Shown: positions 47,815 through 57,875 of the stretch, in pieces | Layout of the letters: each line of letters opens with the position of its first letter | How positions within the stretch are numbered: the first letter of the stretch is position 1 | NCBI GenBank assembly: GCA_050015075.1 | Contig: JBEKCB010000004.1 | Location: 32,001 to 96,000, forward strand | Source of the DNA: Candidatus Brocadiia bacterium | GTDB lineage: Bacteria > Planctomycetota > Brocadiia > CAIUPP01 | Reading direction: 5' to 3' | Length of the DNA: 64,000 nt | The notes under the pieces: model-generated | The model's input: the letters and a program-made list of their open reading frames with translations, nothing else | Told to the model about the DNA's origin: nothing | Databases searched by the model: none | Made by a program: the position numbers and the translations under genes

Positions 47815-48120
47815 GCCGGATGCGCCAGCATCCGACTCACGCACTTGGCTAGTTACGTAACGTATCTAGTCAACACATTCAGCCGACGAATATGATGCCG
47901 GACAAGACAGCAAGGGCAGGATGCAACATCATCCGATGCGGGGCCTTGGCTAGGTACGTAACGTATCTAGTCAGCGCATTCGGCCGACGAAAATGAGGCC
48001 GGACAGGACAGAAAGGGCCGGATGCGGATCATCCGATCGAGGCGCTTGGCTAGGTACGTATCGTATCTAGTCGGCACATTCGGCCGGTGGAAACAGTGTC
48101 GGCAAAACATAAAGGGCAGG
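47815..48120. repeat. Non-coding tandem array: three ~100-bp units with conserved palindromes
   Basis: Units start at 47815, 47916 and 48017, with a stub at 48116. Conserved GGATGC-N4/5-CATCCGA-N8-CTTGGCTAG(T/G)TACGTA(A/T)CGTATCTAGTC. Confidence 0.9.
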
Positions 48121-48237
48121 TCATGCAGCGCCAACCTTACGAAGGTTCATGCGCAGCTTCGCGAGGTTCGTGCGCGAAGCGTCTTGACGCCGTACAAGTG
48201 CGGCGCTAGGCTGGAAGAAACGGGGCAAAGGGGAACC

Positions 48238-50514
48238 ATGAACGAGCCATTGCCGTCTCCTGAGCAAATTCGCAAGATTCCGCCGGAGGGCGGCGCGGGG
48301 TTCAACCGGCTGATCCACGAGACGAGCCCCTACCTTCTCCAGCACGCGCGCAATCCGGTGGATTGGCACGCCTGGCGGCCGGAGGCCTTCGAGAAGGCGC
48401 GCAGCGAGGACAAGCCGATTTTCCTCTCCGTGGGCTACTCGACCTGCCATTGGTGCCATGTCATGGAGCGCGAGTCGTTCGAGCGCCAGGACGTGGCGGA
48501 AATCCTCAACGCGGGTTTCGTCCCGATCAAGGTGGACCGCGAGGAGCGGCCGGACCTCGACGAAATCTACATGACCGCCACGCAGTTGTTCTCCGGCCGG
48601 GGCGGCTGGCCGAATTCGCTGTGGCTGACGCCGGACGGCCGGCCGTGGTACGCGGGAACGTACTTCCCGCCGGACGACCGGATGGGGATTCCGGGTTTCA
48701 AGAGCCTGCTGAGGCAGCTCGCCGAACTCTGGCGCACGCGCCGGGCGGACGTCGAGAAGCAGGCGGACGAGTTCGCCGTGGCGATGCGGCGGGTGTCCGT
48801 CGCCGGCGCCGCGCGAGGCGACGTGGCCGCCGTTGACCTGGTCAAGGCCGCGCTCGACGAACTGAACAGCGCGTTCGACGAGCGGTTCGGCGGCTTCGGC
48901 GGCGCGCCGAAGTTCCCGCCGCACACGGCGCTCGCGCTGATCGCCCATCAATACCGCCGTTCGCCGGACGCGGCGCTGCTGCGCATGTTGACGGCGACGC
49001 TCGACGCGATGGCCCGCGGCGGGATTCACGATCACGTCGGCGGAGGATTCCACCGCTACTCGACCGACGAGCGCTGGTTCCTGCCGCACTTCGAGAAGAT
49101 GCTCTACGACAACGCGCAGTTGGCCCGCGCATACGCGGAGGGTTTCGCGCTGACCGGCAACGCCGACTACCGCGCCGCAGCGATGGACACGTGCGACTGG
49201 GTCCTCCGCGAGATGAGCGATCCGGCCGGCGGCTTCTTCTCCGCGCTCGACGCCGACAGCGAGGGCCAGGAAGGAAAGTTCTACGTCTGGACCCGCGCGG
49301 AGATTGCCGAGACGCTCGGGGCGGACGAAGGCGACGCATTCTGCCGGGTTTACGGCGTGGAGGAGAACGGAAATTTCCGCGACGAGGCGGGCGGCGGTGC
49401 GACGGGCACGAACATCCTGTATCTGCGAACGCCGCCCGACGCCGCGCTGCGGGAGCGGCTGAAGAGCAGCCTCGCGAAACTCCTCAAGCGGCGCGCGGCG
49501 CGCGTGCGGCCGTATTGCGACGACAAGGCGCTCGCCGGCTGGAACGGGCTGATGATCGGCTCTCTGGCATACGCCGGGCAGCGGTTGAACGAGCCGCGGC
49601 TCATCGCCGCCGCCGAGCGCGCCGCCGGGTTCGTCCTGACCGCGATGCGGAAGGACGGCCGCCTGCTTCGGAGCTATCGCCAAGGCGAAGCAGGGCTGAA
49701 CGCCTGCCTCGACGACTACGCCTTCCTCGCGGACGCGCTGCTTGACCTGCGCGACGCCACCGGCGAGGCGCGATGGCTGGACGAGGCGAAGTCGCTCGCG
49801 GCGGTGATGAAGGAGCATTTCTGGGACCGGGCGCACGGCGGCTTCTTCCTTACTTCAGACGATCATGAGGACCTGCTCCTGCGCTTGAAGCCGGCGCACG
49901 ACCAGGCGACTCCTTCGGGCAACGGCATGGCGGCACGCGTGCTGATCCGGCTGGCCGGGTTGACCGGCGAGGAAGAATACCTGAAGACGGCGCACGCGAC
50001 GCTGAACGCCTTCCTCGGCGTAATGCAGAGCCTGCCGCAGGCGGCGAGCGGCCTGATCCTGGCCGCGGCGATGCTGCTGGAGACCAAGCCGGCGGCGGCT
50101 GCGCCCGCGCAGCCGGTCACCGTCACCATCTCACCCTCGACCGTAACCGCCGCGCCCGGCGGTGTGGCCGACATCGCCGTCCGGATCGAGATCGCGAAGG
50201 GTTACCATATCAACTCTCATAAGCCGGCGGCGGGCAACCTGGTCCCCACTGAACTGACGCTCGAGGGAAACAAAGCGGCGTCTCTCGGCAAAGTTGGGTA
50301 CCCGGCGGGCAAAAAGGTTCGCCTGAGTTTCAGCGCGCAGCCGTTATCGGTGTACGAAGGCGCCGTGACAATCCGCACGCAGATCGCGGTCGGCCGGAAC
50401 GCCGCGCCGGGAAAGGCGGAAATCGTTCTGCAGGTCCGCGTTCAACCGTGCAGCGAAGATGCCTGCCTCGCGCCGCGGACGCTCTCCGCGCCGCTCGCGC
50501 TGCATGTGACCTGA
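48238..50514 (+). CDS. YyaL/SSP411-type thioredoxin + (alpha/alpha)6 protein with C-terminal DsbD-N-like domain
   Basis: [25 protein letters not shown]; C-terminal GYHINS...[11 protein letters not shown]. Confidence 0.9.
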   Translation: MNEPLPSPEQIRKIPPEGGAGFNRLIHETSPYLLQHARNPVDWHAWRPEAFEKARSEDKPIFLSVGYSTCHWCHVMERESFERQDVAEILNAGFVPIKVDREERPDLDEIYMTATQLFSGRGGWPNSLWLTPDGRPWYAGTYFPPDDRMGIPGFKSLLRQLAELWRTRRADVEKQADEFAVAMRRVSVAGAARGDVAAVDLVKAALDELNSAFDERFGGFGGAPKFPPHTALALIAHQYRRSPDAALLRMLTATLDAMARGGIHDHVGGGFHRYSTDERWFLPHFEKMLYDNAQLARAYAEGFALTGNADYRAAAMDTCDWVLREMSDPAGGFFSALDADSEGQEGKFYVWTRAEIAETLGADEGDAFCRVYGVEENGNFRDEAGGGATGTNILYLRTPPDAALRERLKSSLAKLLKRRAARVRPYCDDKALAGWNGLMIGSLAYAGQRLNEPRLIAAAERAAGFVLTAMRKDGRLLRSYRQGEAGLNACLDDYAFLADALLDLRDATGEARWLDEAKSLAAVMKEHFWDRAHGGFFLTSDDHEDLLLRLKPAHDQATPSGNGMAARVLIRLAGLTGEEEYLKTAHATLNAFLGVMQSLPQAASGLILAAAMLLETKPAAAAPAQPVTVTISPSTVTAAPGGVADIAVRIEIAKGYHINSHKPAAGNLVPTELTLEGNKAASLGKVGYPAGKKVRLSFSAQPLSVYEGAVTIRTQIAVGRNAAPGKAEIVLQVRVQPCSEDACLAPRTLSAPLALHVT

Positions 50515-50559
50515 GCGGCGGCAGTTGGTTCGGCGGCGCCATTTCCGTACAATACACCC

Positions 50560-51327
50560 ATGGACAATAACGAGCGTTACAGCCGACAGACGCGGTTCGT
50601 GAAGATCGGCGCGGAAGGACAGGAAAAGCTCCGCAACGGCTTCGTCACCATCGTCGGCTGCGGCGCGCTCGGGAGCGGCATCGCGCACAACCTCGCGCGC
50701 GCGGGAGTCGGACGGCTGCGCATTGTGGACCGCGATTGCCTCGAAATGAGCAACCTGGCGCGGCAGATGCTCTTCGAGGAGGAAGACGTCCGCCGGCGGC
50801 TGCCGAAAGCCGTCGCCGCCGCGAACCGGCTTCGCCGGATCAACTCCGAAGTCCAGGTCGAGCCGGTCCACACCGAGGTGACGGGGAGCAACGTGCTCGG
50901 GCTGATCGAGGGCTCGCACGTCGTCGCCGACGGCTCGGACAACATGAAGCTGCGTTTCGTGTTGAACGACGCCTGCGTCAAGACGGGCGTGCCGTGGGTT
51001 TACGGCGGCGCGCTGGCCTCGCGCGGGATGAGCATGACCATTCTGCCTGGCCGCGGCCCGTGCCTGCGCTGCGTGGTCGAGGAACTTCCGCCGCCGGGCT
51101 CGATCCTGACCGCCAGCGAAGCCGGCGTGCTGAACACGCTCACCGCGACGGTTTCAGCCGTCCAAAGCAACGAGGTGCTGAAACTGCTGCTCGGCGCCGG
51201 TCCGGCGAACACCGGCCTGTTCCGCTTCGACATCTGGACGCTCGACTTCCAGCGCAGCGAGGTCAAACGCCGCGCGGACTGCCCGACGTGCGGGCTTGGG
51301 AAGTTCGAGTTCCTCAAGACCGAGTAA
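50560..51327 (+). CDS. ThiF/MoeB-family adenylyltransferase
   Basis: RYSRQ, GCGALG, SNLARQ, CLRC and CPTC motifs. Confidence 0.92.
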   Translation: MDNNERYSRQTRFVKIGAEGQEKLRNGFVTIVGCGALGSGIAHNLARAGVGRLRIVDRDCLEMSNLARQMLFEEEDVRRRLPKAVAAANRLRRINSEVQVEPVHTEVTGSNVLGLIEGSHVVADGSDNMKLRFVLNDACVKTGVPWVYGGALASRGMSMTILPGRGPCLRCVVEELPPPGSILTASEAGVLNTLTATVSAVQSNEVLKLLLGAGPANTGLFRFDIWTLDFQRSEVKRRADCPTCGLGKFEFLKTE

Positions 51328-51402
51328 AGGCTTGAGTGCGCAGAACCAACGGCAACGGACCCATTGCGCGCGATAGCGCGCTCGTTCGGACGAAGCAATG
51401 CT

Positions 51403-51873
51403 ATGGTCTCATGGTCAAACAAGAAGATGCGGCAACTGAACATTGACCTCAGTCGTTTGAATGCTGATTTGCCGGTTGAGCTCTTGGCCGTTTTGAAAGC
51501 CGGTGTGGTCGAGGAAAAGGGTTACTATTTTCTTCAATCATTCCGTCCGCAGCATACCCCGGCCAGTCCCGAATCGCTCCAAGGACGCAACGACGTGGAA
51601 TGTCTTCACAACCACATACATATGGAGGATTACCTTTCGCGTGGCTCTACGGGGGAACAGGCAACAATAGCAGCGTCGTACGTGATGGCCGGGCTTGAGT
51701 TATTCAAGAAAGCTTTCCCAATGCTGAAGTTCCGCGGAATAATCTCTGCCGCCGAGCGCGAAAATGGCGGTGTTACGGCAAGATTTCACTGCGTTCGGGC
51801 AGGAGAGATGCCCTGGCCCTGTGATGATGTGGAGGAATTCACGTCTGAGGGCGTGCTCATTTTCGAGCTGTAA
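51403..51873 (+). CDS. AT-richer hypothetical protein
   Basis: Intact ORF with atypical codon usage, inserted among core genes. Confidence 0.6.
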   Translation: MVSWSNKKMRQLNIDLSRLNADLPVELLAVLKAGVVEEKGYYFLQSFRPQHTPASPESLQGRNDVECLHNHIHMEDYLSRGSTGEQATIAASYVMAGLELFKKAFPMLKFRGIISAAERENGGVTARFHCVRAGEMPWPCDDVEEFTSEGVLIFEL

Positions 51874-51973
51874 GGAATCCGTGAGGCCCGGACAAGTGGA
51901 TAAAACCACACATCTAAGTTCCTCCGCTTGCAACTTTGACTGCTGAATTCTGCACTCCGCAATTGGCGGCTGA

Positions 51974-52003
51974 TTGCGATCTCGATCGGAACTGCGGTAT
52001 AAT
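51974..52003 (+). promoter_or_regulatory. Putative sigma70 promoter
   Basis: TTGCGA-N18-TATAAT. Confidence 0.5.
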
Positions 52004-52063
52004 TCATAAAGGCGGCCTTGCAGGCCACCCGATTTCGCCCCATTTCCTGCACCTCGGATTCCC

Positions 52064-53110
52064 ATGGCCAAGGCGGTTGCGCTGCTTTCCGGCGGGCTCG
52101 ACAGCATGCTGGCGATTCGGCTGCTGGTCGGACAGGGTGTCGCGGTCGAGGCGCTGCATTTCGTCAGCGTGTTCGACTGCGGCGCGACCGACGCGGAGAA
52201 TTGCGCTTCGTCGCAGCGCGCGGCGGCGCAGCTCGGCGTGCCGCTGCGGTTCGAGGAGATCAGCGCCGAGTTGCTCGAGATCGTCAAGAACCCGAAGCAC
52301 GGCCGCGGCAGCAACATGAACCCGTGCATTGACTGCCACGCGATGATGGTCCGCCGGGCGGCGCGCGTGATGCGCTCGGTCGGCGCCGACTTCCTCTGCA
52401 CCGGGGAAGTGCTCGGCGAGCGGCCGATGTCGCAGCGCCGCGACGCGCTGGGGATCGTCGAACGCGACGCCGGCGTCGAAGGGCTTCTCCTGCGCCCGCT
52501 CTGTGCGCAGTTGCTCGAGCCGACGATCCCGGAGCAGAAAGGCTGGGTGGACCGCGCGAAGCTCCAGCGGATCTCCGGCCGATGCCGGAAGCCGCAATTC
52601 GAGTTGGCCAAGGCGCTCAACATCGGCCCGTTTCCGACTCCGGCCGGCGGCTGCCTGCTGACGGACCCGGGCTTCTCGGCGCGGATGCGCGACCTGCTGA
52701 AGTACCAGCCGGATTGCACGCCGGACGACGTGCGCCTGCTCAAGGTCGGACGGCATTTCCGGCTGAGTCCGGCGGTGCGCGTCGTCGTCGGCCGGAACGA
52801 GGGGGAAAACCACGTCCTCGAGGCTCTCGCGCGGGCCGACGACTTGTTGATCGAAGCCGCGCAGCATTCCGGCCCGCTGGCGCTGCTGCGCGGATCCGCC
52901 TCCGAGGCGGAGCTGGTCCAGGCCGCCTCCGTGACGCTTCGCTACGGAAAAGCGGCGAAGCTCCCGAGCGCTCCCGTGCGAGCCTGGAAATCCGGCGCGC
53001 CCCGCGAAGAGGCCCGGCTCATCGAAGCGCAGCCCGCTTCCGAGGAAATCCTCGACCGTCTGCGCATCGCCGCGCTCGAGGGAAAACGGAGGCGCGATGC
53101 CGGAGAATGA
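52064..53110 (+). CDS. PP-loop tRNA sulfurtransferase-like protein (ThiI/MnmA-related)
   Basis: LLSGGLDS, NPCIDCH, GEVLGERPMSQ, PAGGCLLT and GRHFR motifs. Confidence 0.8.
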   Translation: MAKAVALLSGGLDSMLAIRLLVGQGVAVEALHFVSVFDCGATDAENCASSQRAAAQLGVPLRFEEISAELLEIVKNPKHGRGSNMNPCIDCHAMMVRRAARVMRSVGADFLCTGEVLGERPMSQRRDALGIVERDAGVEGLLLRPLCAQLLEPTIPEQKGWVDRAKLQRISGRCRKPQFELAKALNIGPFPTPAGGCLLTDPGFSARMRDLLKYQPDCTPDDVRLLKVGRHFRLSPAVRVVVGRNEGENHVLEALARADDLLIEAAQHSGPLALLRGSASEAELVQAASVTLRYGKAAKLPSAPVRAWKSGAPREEARLIEAQPASEEILDRLRIAALEGKRRRDAGE

Positions 53111-54089
53111 TCGGACGCCGGAGCGGCCGGCACTGGGATATTACCCGTTCAGCGAGTATCTCAAGCGCCGCTTCGGCTGCAAGGTGCACAAGGTGAGCCT
53201 GCACGCGGGCTTCACCTGCCCGAACCGCGACGGCAAGGCCGGCGTCGGCGGCTGCACCTACTGCATCAACGAAAGCTTCAGCCCGCAGGTCCGCGAGACG
53301 ACCGGCGGGCAAGCCGGCAAGCCGCCTCGCTCGGTCCGCGAACAGATGGCGGACGGCATTGCGTACATGCGCGCGCGGTACCGCGCGAAGAAATTCTTCG
53401 CCTATTTCCAGGCCTTCAGCAACACCTACGCGCCGGTCGAGAAGTTGCGCGCGCTCTACGACGAGGCGATCGCGTTTCCCGACGTGGTCGGGCTGGATAT
53501 CGGAACCCGGCCCGACTGCGTTCCCGCCGAGGTGCTCGACCTGGTCGAGAGCTACACAAGCAGAGTCGAAGTCTGGCTCGAGTATGGCCTTCAGAGCGCA
53601 CACGATGCGACGCTGCGGCGCGTGAACCGCGGGCACGATTTCGCGACGTTCCGCGACGCCGTCGAGCGCACGAGGGGCCGCAACATCCGCATCTGCGCAC
53701 ACGTGATCCTCGGCCTGCCCGGCGAGACGCGCGAGCAGATGATGCAGACCGCGCTGGCCTTGCAGCCGCTCGGGCTGGACGCGATCAAACTGCATCACCT
53801 GTACGTCGCCCGCGGCACGCCGCTCGAGGCGGAATACCGGGCCGGGCGCCTGCGCCTGTTCTCGGCGAGCGAGTATGTCGCTGTCGCGTGCGATTTCCTC
53901 GAGCGCATCCCGGACACCGTCGCCGTGCAGAGGCTCGTTGGCGACACGACCAGCGAGGGCGTGCTCGTTGCGCCGGTCTGGCCGGAGCCGAAGACGGAAA
54001 TCCTCCGGCTGATCGCGCAGGAATTCCAGCGCCGCGGCACGCGCCAGGGCGCTCTCGTGCACGGGCTGATTTCATTTTCCGCCGTTTGA
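53097..54089 (+). CDS. TIGR01212 (YhcC/YtqA) radical SAM protein
   Basis: GFTCPNRDG..GCTYC, YFQAFSNTY, GTRPDC and HVILGLPGE motifs. Confidence 0.92.
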   Translation: MPENDRTPERPALGYYPFSEYLKRRFGCKVHKVSLHAGFTCPNRDGKAGVGGCTYCINESFSPQVRETTGGQAGKPPRSVREQMADGIAYMRARYRAKKFFAYFQAFSNTYAPVEKLRALYDEAIAFPDVVGLDIGTRPDCVPAEVLDLVESYTSRVEVWLEYGLQSAHDATLRRVNRGHDFATFRDAVERTRGRNIRICAHVILGLPGETREQMMQTALALQPLGLDAIKLHHLYVARGTPLEAEYRAGRLRLFSASEYVAVACDFLERIPDTVAVQRLVGDTTSEGVLVAPVWPEPKTEILRLIAQEFQRRGTRQGALVHGLISFSAV

Positions 54090-54117
54090 TCCGGGTTTCG
54101 CCGGCAGGAGGCCGTTC

Positions 54118-55752
54118 GTGGAACATTTGCGCGAAAGACGCTACCTCGTTTCCTTCGACGCGCCGCAGGTGCCACAGGTTTTCACCGACGTGCTCGTCAT
54201 CGGAAGCGGCGTGGCCGGGCTGCGCGCGGCGCTGGCGGCGGCCGAGGATGCCGACGTACTCGTCATCGCCAAGGGGCGGCTAGACGAGAGCAACACCGCG
54301 CAGGCGCAGGGCGGCATCGCCGGCGCGATGGACCCCGGCGACAGCGCGGCCTCGCACATGGCCGACACGCTGACGGTCGGCCAGGGACTCTGCGACCGCG
54401 GAGTCGTCGAGGCGATCACCGCCGAGGCGCCGGAGCGCATCGGCGAGTTGATCGGCTGGGGGGCCCAGTTCGACCGGGAAGGCGGCGCGCTGGCGCTGAC
54501 GCGCGAGGGCGGACATTCGACCTCGCGCATCGTCCACGCGCTCGGCGACGCCACCGGCAAGGAGGTCGCCGCGACGCTGATCCGGCGCGCGACGACGACT
54601 CCGGCGATCCAGGTGCTCGAGGGCGCCTTCGTACTCGACCTGATCACGTCGGTCAGCGGCACGTGCCTCGGCGCGCTGCTTCAGGACCCGCGCCGAGGGC
54701 TGATGATCGCGTGGGCGAAGGCGACGATCCTCGCCTCCGGCGGCGCGGGACGGATCTACCGCGAGACGACCAACCCGCCGGTCGCGACCGGCGACGGTAT
54801 CGCGATGGCCTATCGCGCCGGGGCCGAGCTGTGCGACCTGGAGTTCTACCAGTTCCATCCGACCGCGCTCTACATCGCCGGCGCGTCGCGCGCGCTGATT
54901 AGCGAGGCCGTCCGCGGCGAGGGTGGAATTCTGCTGAACGCGCGCGGCGAGCGGTTCATGCCCCGCTACGATCCGCGCGCCGAGCTGGCGCCGCGCGACG
55001 CGGTCAGCCGCGCGATCGTCGCGGAGATCCGCGCCACGGGTACCACCTGCGCTTACCTCGACATGCGCCACATCGCGCCCGAGCGGCTGGCGAAGCGCTT
55101 TCCCGGCATCCGCGACCTGTGCGCGCAGTTCGACATTGACATCGCCAAGGACCTGGTGCCGATCCGGCCGGCGGCGCATTACATGATCGGCGGCGTGCGC
55201 GTCGGCCTCGACGGCGTGACTACGGTGCCGCGGCTGCTGGCGTGCGGTGAGGTGGCCTGCACCGGCTTGCACGGCGCGAACCGTCTGGGAAGCAATTCGC
55301 TGCTCGAAGGGCTCGTCGTCGGCTATCATGCCGGCACCGAGGCGCGCGCCCTGGCAGCCCGGGAGTCGCCTGAGCCGCCGTATCAGCGGCTCAGGGTGCG
55401 GCTGGCCGCGGCGCAGCGCGACGCGATTGACGTCGGCGACGTGACCAACGCGCTCCGTGGGCAGACCTGGCGCGACCTCGGCATCGAGCGCAACCGCTTC
55501 GGGCTCGAGGAGGCGATCCACATGATCGGCTTCTGGGCGCGGTACGTGATGGACAAGGAATTCCACGACCGCGCCGGCTGGGAGCTTCAGAACATGCTGC
55601 TCGTCTCGCGCCTGATCGCCGAGGCGGCGCTGCAGCGCGACGAGAGCCGCGGCGTGCATTGCAGGACGGATTTCCCCGAGACCGATGACGCACGCTGGAA
55701 ATGCCGCATCGTGATGCGCCGAGAATCGAACCCCGAACTCCGCCCGGTGTAA
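54118..55752 (+). CDS. nadB: L-aspartate oxidase
   Basis: GSGVAG, AQGGIA, EGGHS, QFHPT, LAPRD and HGANRLGSNSL motifs. Confidence 0.93.
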   Translation: MEHLRERRYLVSFDAPQVPQVFTDVLVIGSGVAGLRAALAAAEDADVLVIAKGRLDESNTAQAQGGIAGAMDPGDSAASHMADTLTVGQGLCDRGVVEAITAEAPERIGELIGWGAQFDREGGALALTREGGHSTSRIVHALGDATGKEVAATLIRRATTTPAIQVLEGAFVLDLITSVSGTCLGALLQDPRRGLMIAWAKATILASGGAGRIYRETTNPPVATGDGIAMAYRAGAELCDLEFYQFHPTALYIAGASRALISEAVRGEGGILLNARGERFMPRYDPRAELAPRDAVSRAIVAEIRATGTTCAYLDMRHIAPERLAKRFPGIRDLCAQFDIDIAKDLVPIRPAAHYMIGGVRVGLDGVTTVPRLLACGEVACTGLHGANRLGSNSLLEGLVVGYHAGTEARALAARESPEPPYQRLRVRLAAAQRDAIDVGDVTNALRGQTWRDLGIERNRFGLEEAIHMIGFWARYVMDKEFHDRAGWELQNMLLVSRLIAEAALQRDESRGVHCRTDFPETDDARWKCRIVMRRESNPELRPV

Positions 55753-55756
55753 CTCC

Positions 55757-56779
55757 ATGCCCGAGGGACCGGCGCCCGTCAGCAATTCGCGTCTCCGCCT
55801 GTCGAGCGGCGCCGAGGCGGCGATCCGCTGCGCGCAGCCGCCACTGCCGCCCGATGAAGCGCGGCGCTTCGCGCGGCTCGTGGAATGTTTCCTCGTGGAG
55901 GAATATCTCAACGACATCCTCCTCGGAAAATTTTACGAGGAGGCCTGCTTTACCGGCGGGATGGGACTCCTCGGCGACCAGGTGCTGGCGACATGCTGGA
56001 GCGGATCGGGCAGAGAGCGCCCGGACATCGCCGTCATGGGCGGCGTCGCCACGGCTGAGGCGTATCGCGGGCAGGGCCTCGCATCGGCGGTGGTGGGCGC
56101 GGTCTGCGAGCGCTTCGACTTCGCAGGTGGCCGCATCCTCTGCCTCGGCACCAGTAACCCGGCCGCGCGACGCATCTACGAGCGGCTGGGCTTCCGGGCG
56201 GTCGCCGGACAAATCTTCTGCAGGACCGCGCGCGGGGCTCGGCTGGATGAAGGCTTCGCGGCCGGCCAGACCGTGGCCGCGCGCCCGGCTTCGTGGCGCG
56301 AGATGGCCTCCATCGTCCCGCTTTACCTGCTCCGGCACCCCTGCGTGCTCGCGGACGCGGGCACCGGGCTGCTTTCGGCGCGCGTGGCAGAGCCGCGGCG
56401 CTGCGTGCGCATTTTCTGGGACTTGTGGAAGAGCATCGCGCCGGCGGGAAGATGGGCGGTCCTCCGAAACGATCTGGGCTGGCCGGTCGCCAGCGCGCTA
56501 GCGCGCCCTGCCGCGACGGCGGCAGCCGGGTTTTCCGTGGACTTTCTCTGGCATCCCGATTATTCTGTGCAGGCGGCAGCTTTCGCAGGCGGTTGGCTGG
56601 AGGAGATCGAAGCGGCATCGGGCCGCGCGTGCCGTATGCTGATCTGCGAGGGCGACGACTGGAAACTCCGCGAGGCGCGCGCGCTGGGCTTCGAGCGCGG
56701 CGAGGGCGACGGCGGAACCGTGGACATCAATGGGCGCAAGGTCGCGCTGCTGAAGTTTGTTCGGAAGAGACAGTTGTGA
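55757..56779 (+). CDS. GNAT-family acetyltransferase with extra C-terminal domain
   Basis: VAT..AYRGQGLA and NPAARRIYERLGF motifs. Confidence 0.8.
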   Translation: MPEGPAPVSNSRLRLSSGAEAAIRCAQPPLPPDEARRFARLVECFLVEEYLNDILLGKFYEEACFTGGMGLLGDQVLATCWSGSGRERPDIAVMGGVATAEAYRGQGLASAVVGAVCERFDFAGGRILCLGTSNPAARRIYERLGFRAVAGQIFCRTARGARLDEGFAAGQTVAARPASWREMASIVPLYLLRHPCVLADAGTGLLSARVAEPRRCVRIFWDLWKSIAPAGRWAVLRNDLGWPVASALARPAATAAAGFSVDFLWHPDYSVQAAAFAGGWLEEIEAASGRACRMLICEGDDWKLREARALGFERGEGDGGTVDINGRKVALLKFVRKRQL

Positions 56780-56833
56780 TTGCGGACGCTAAAAACTGAT
56801 TCGATAGCGAACGCCACAAGGAGGAAAAGCGGT

Positions 56834-57856
56834 ATGCCTAAAATCATCATGGCGCGGGCGCCGGTGCGGAATGCGGACCTGGGCGGGTGGCGCGACACGC
56901 GGCTCTTCTCGTCCGGGAAGGTGCTGAACATGGCCATCCGGCTGTACACCTACGTCTCGCTGGTGCCGATGGAGGAAAGCGGCTACCGGATCGAGAGCCA
57001 CGACATGGGTGGCTCGGAACACGTCCGGAGCGTGCGCGAAATGGAATATGCCGGCGCGCTGGGCTTGCTCAAGGCGGCGATCGGAAGCGTGGGCGCCGCC
57101 GGCGGGTTGAAGCTGATCGTCCGGTCCGAGGCGCCGCCGGCGTCCGGGCTCGGCTCGTCCGCCGCGCTCGCGGTCGCGACGCTGGGCGCGCTCTATCGGC
57201 ACGAGGACCGCCTGTTGCTGCCGAGCCAGATCGCCTCCAACGCGCAGCGGCTCGAGACGGAACTGCTCAAGCTCGAATGCGGCGTGCAGGACCAGTTGGC
57301 GGCGGCGTTCGGCGGGATCAACTTCATCGAGGTCAACTATCCGGATGCGCGCGTGACCCCCCTACCGATCTCCGACGCGATGCTGTGCGACCTCGAGGCG
57401 AACATGCTGGTCGTCTACACCGGCAAGTCGCATTTTTCCAGCGCCACGCACAAGCGCGTCATCGCCAACTTCGAGAAGCATGAACCGCGCGTGCTGCGCG
57501 CATTCGACAGCCTCGACACAACTGCGGAACTGGGCGCGGAGGCGCTGATGCGCGGGAACCTCGCCGCATACGCCGATGCGCTCAACCGCAACTGGGAATA
57601 TCAGAAGCAGCTCGACAGCAGCATCACCACGCCGCAGGTGGACGACCTCGAGCGCCGCGCCGCGAAACTCGGCGGCATCGGCTTTAAGCTCAACGGCGCC
57701 GGCGCCGGGGGCACCGCCGTCGTCATCTGCGCGCGCAACACCCAGAAAGCCGTCCTGACGATGATCGAGAAAGAGTTCCCAGAAGCCATCTCCTACCGCG
57801 CCAAGATTGACATCGGCCGCTGCCAAGGCCTGCAGGTTTGGGCGGCGGAGGCGTAG
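56834..57856 (+). CDS. GHMP sugar kinase (HddA-like)
   Basis: PPASGLGSS, GVQDQ..AAFGG and NGAGAGG motifs. Confidence 0.85.
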   Translation: MPKIIMARAPVRNADLGGWRDTRLFSSGKVLNMAIRLYTYVSLVPMEESGYRIESHDMGGSEHVRSVREMEYAGALGLLKAAIGSVGAAGGLKLIVRSEAPPASGLGSSAALAVATLGALYRHEDRLLLPSQIASNAQRLETELLKLECGVQDQLAAAFGGINFIEVNYPDARVTPLPISDAMLCDLEANMLVVYTGKSHFSSATHKRVIANFEKHEPRVLRAFDSLDTTAELGAEALMRGNLAAYADALNRNWEYQKQLDSSITTPQVDDLERRAAKLGGIGFKLNGAGAGGTAVVICARNTQKAVLTMIEKEFPEAISYRAKIDIGRCQGLQVWAAEA

Positions 57857-57875
57857 AAGTGCGGAAGTAGAAGTG

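Noticed and set aside
47815-48120. CRISPR interpretation of the repeat array, and N-terminal extension of ORF 48022
   Set aside because: Inter-palindrome segments are homologous to each other and there are no cas genes. Unit spacing breaks the frame and the gene more plausibly starts at 48238.
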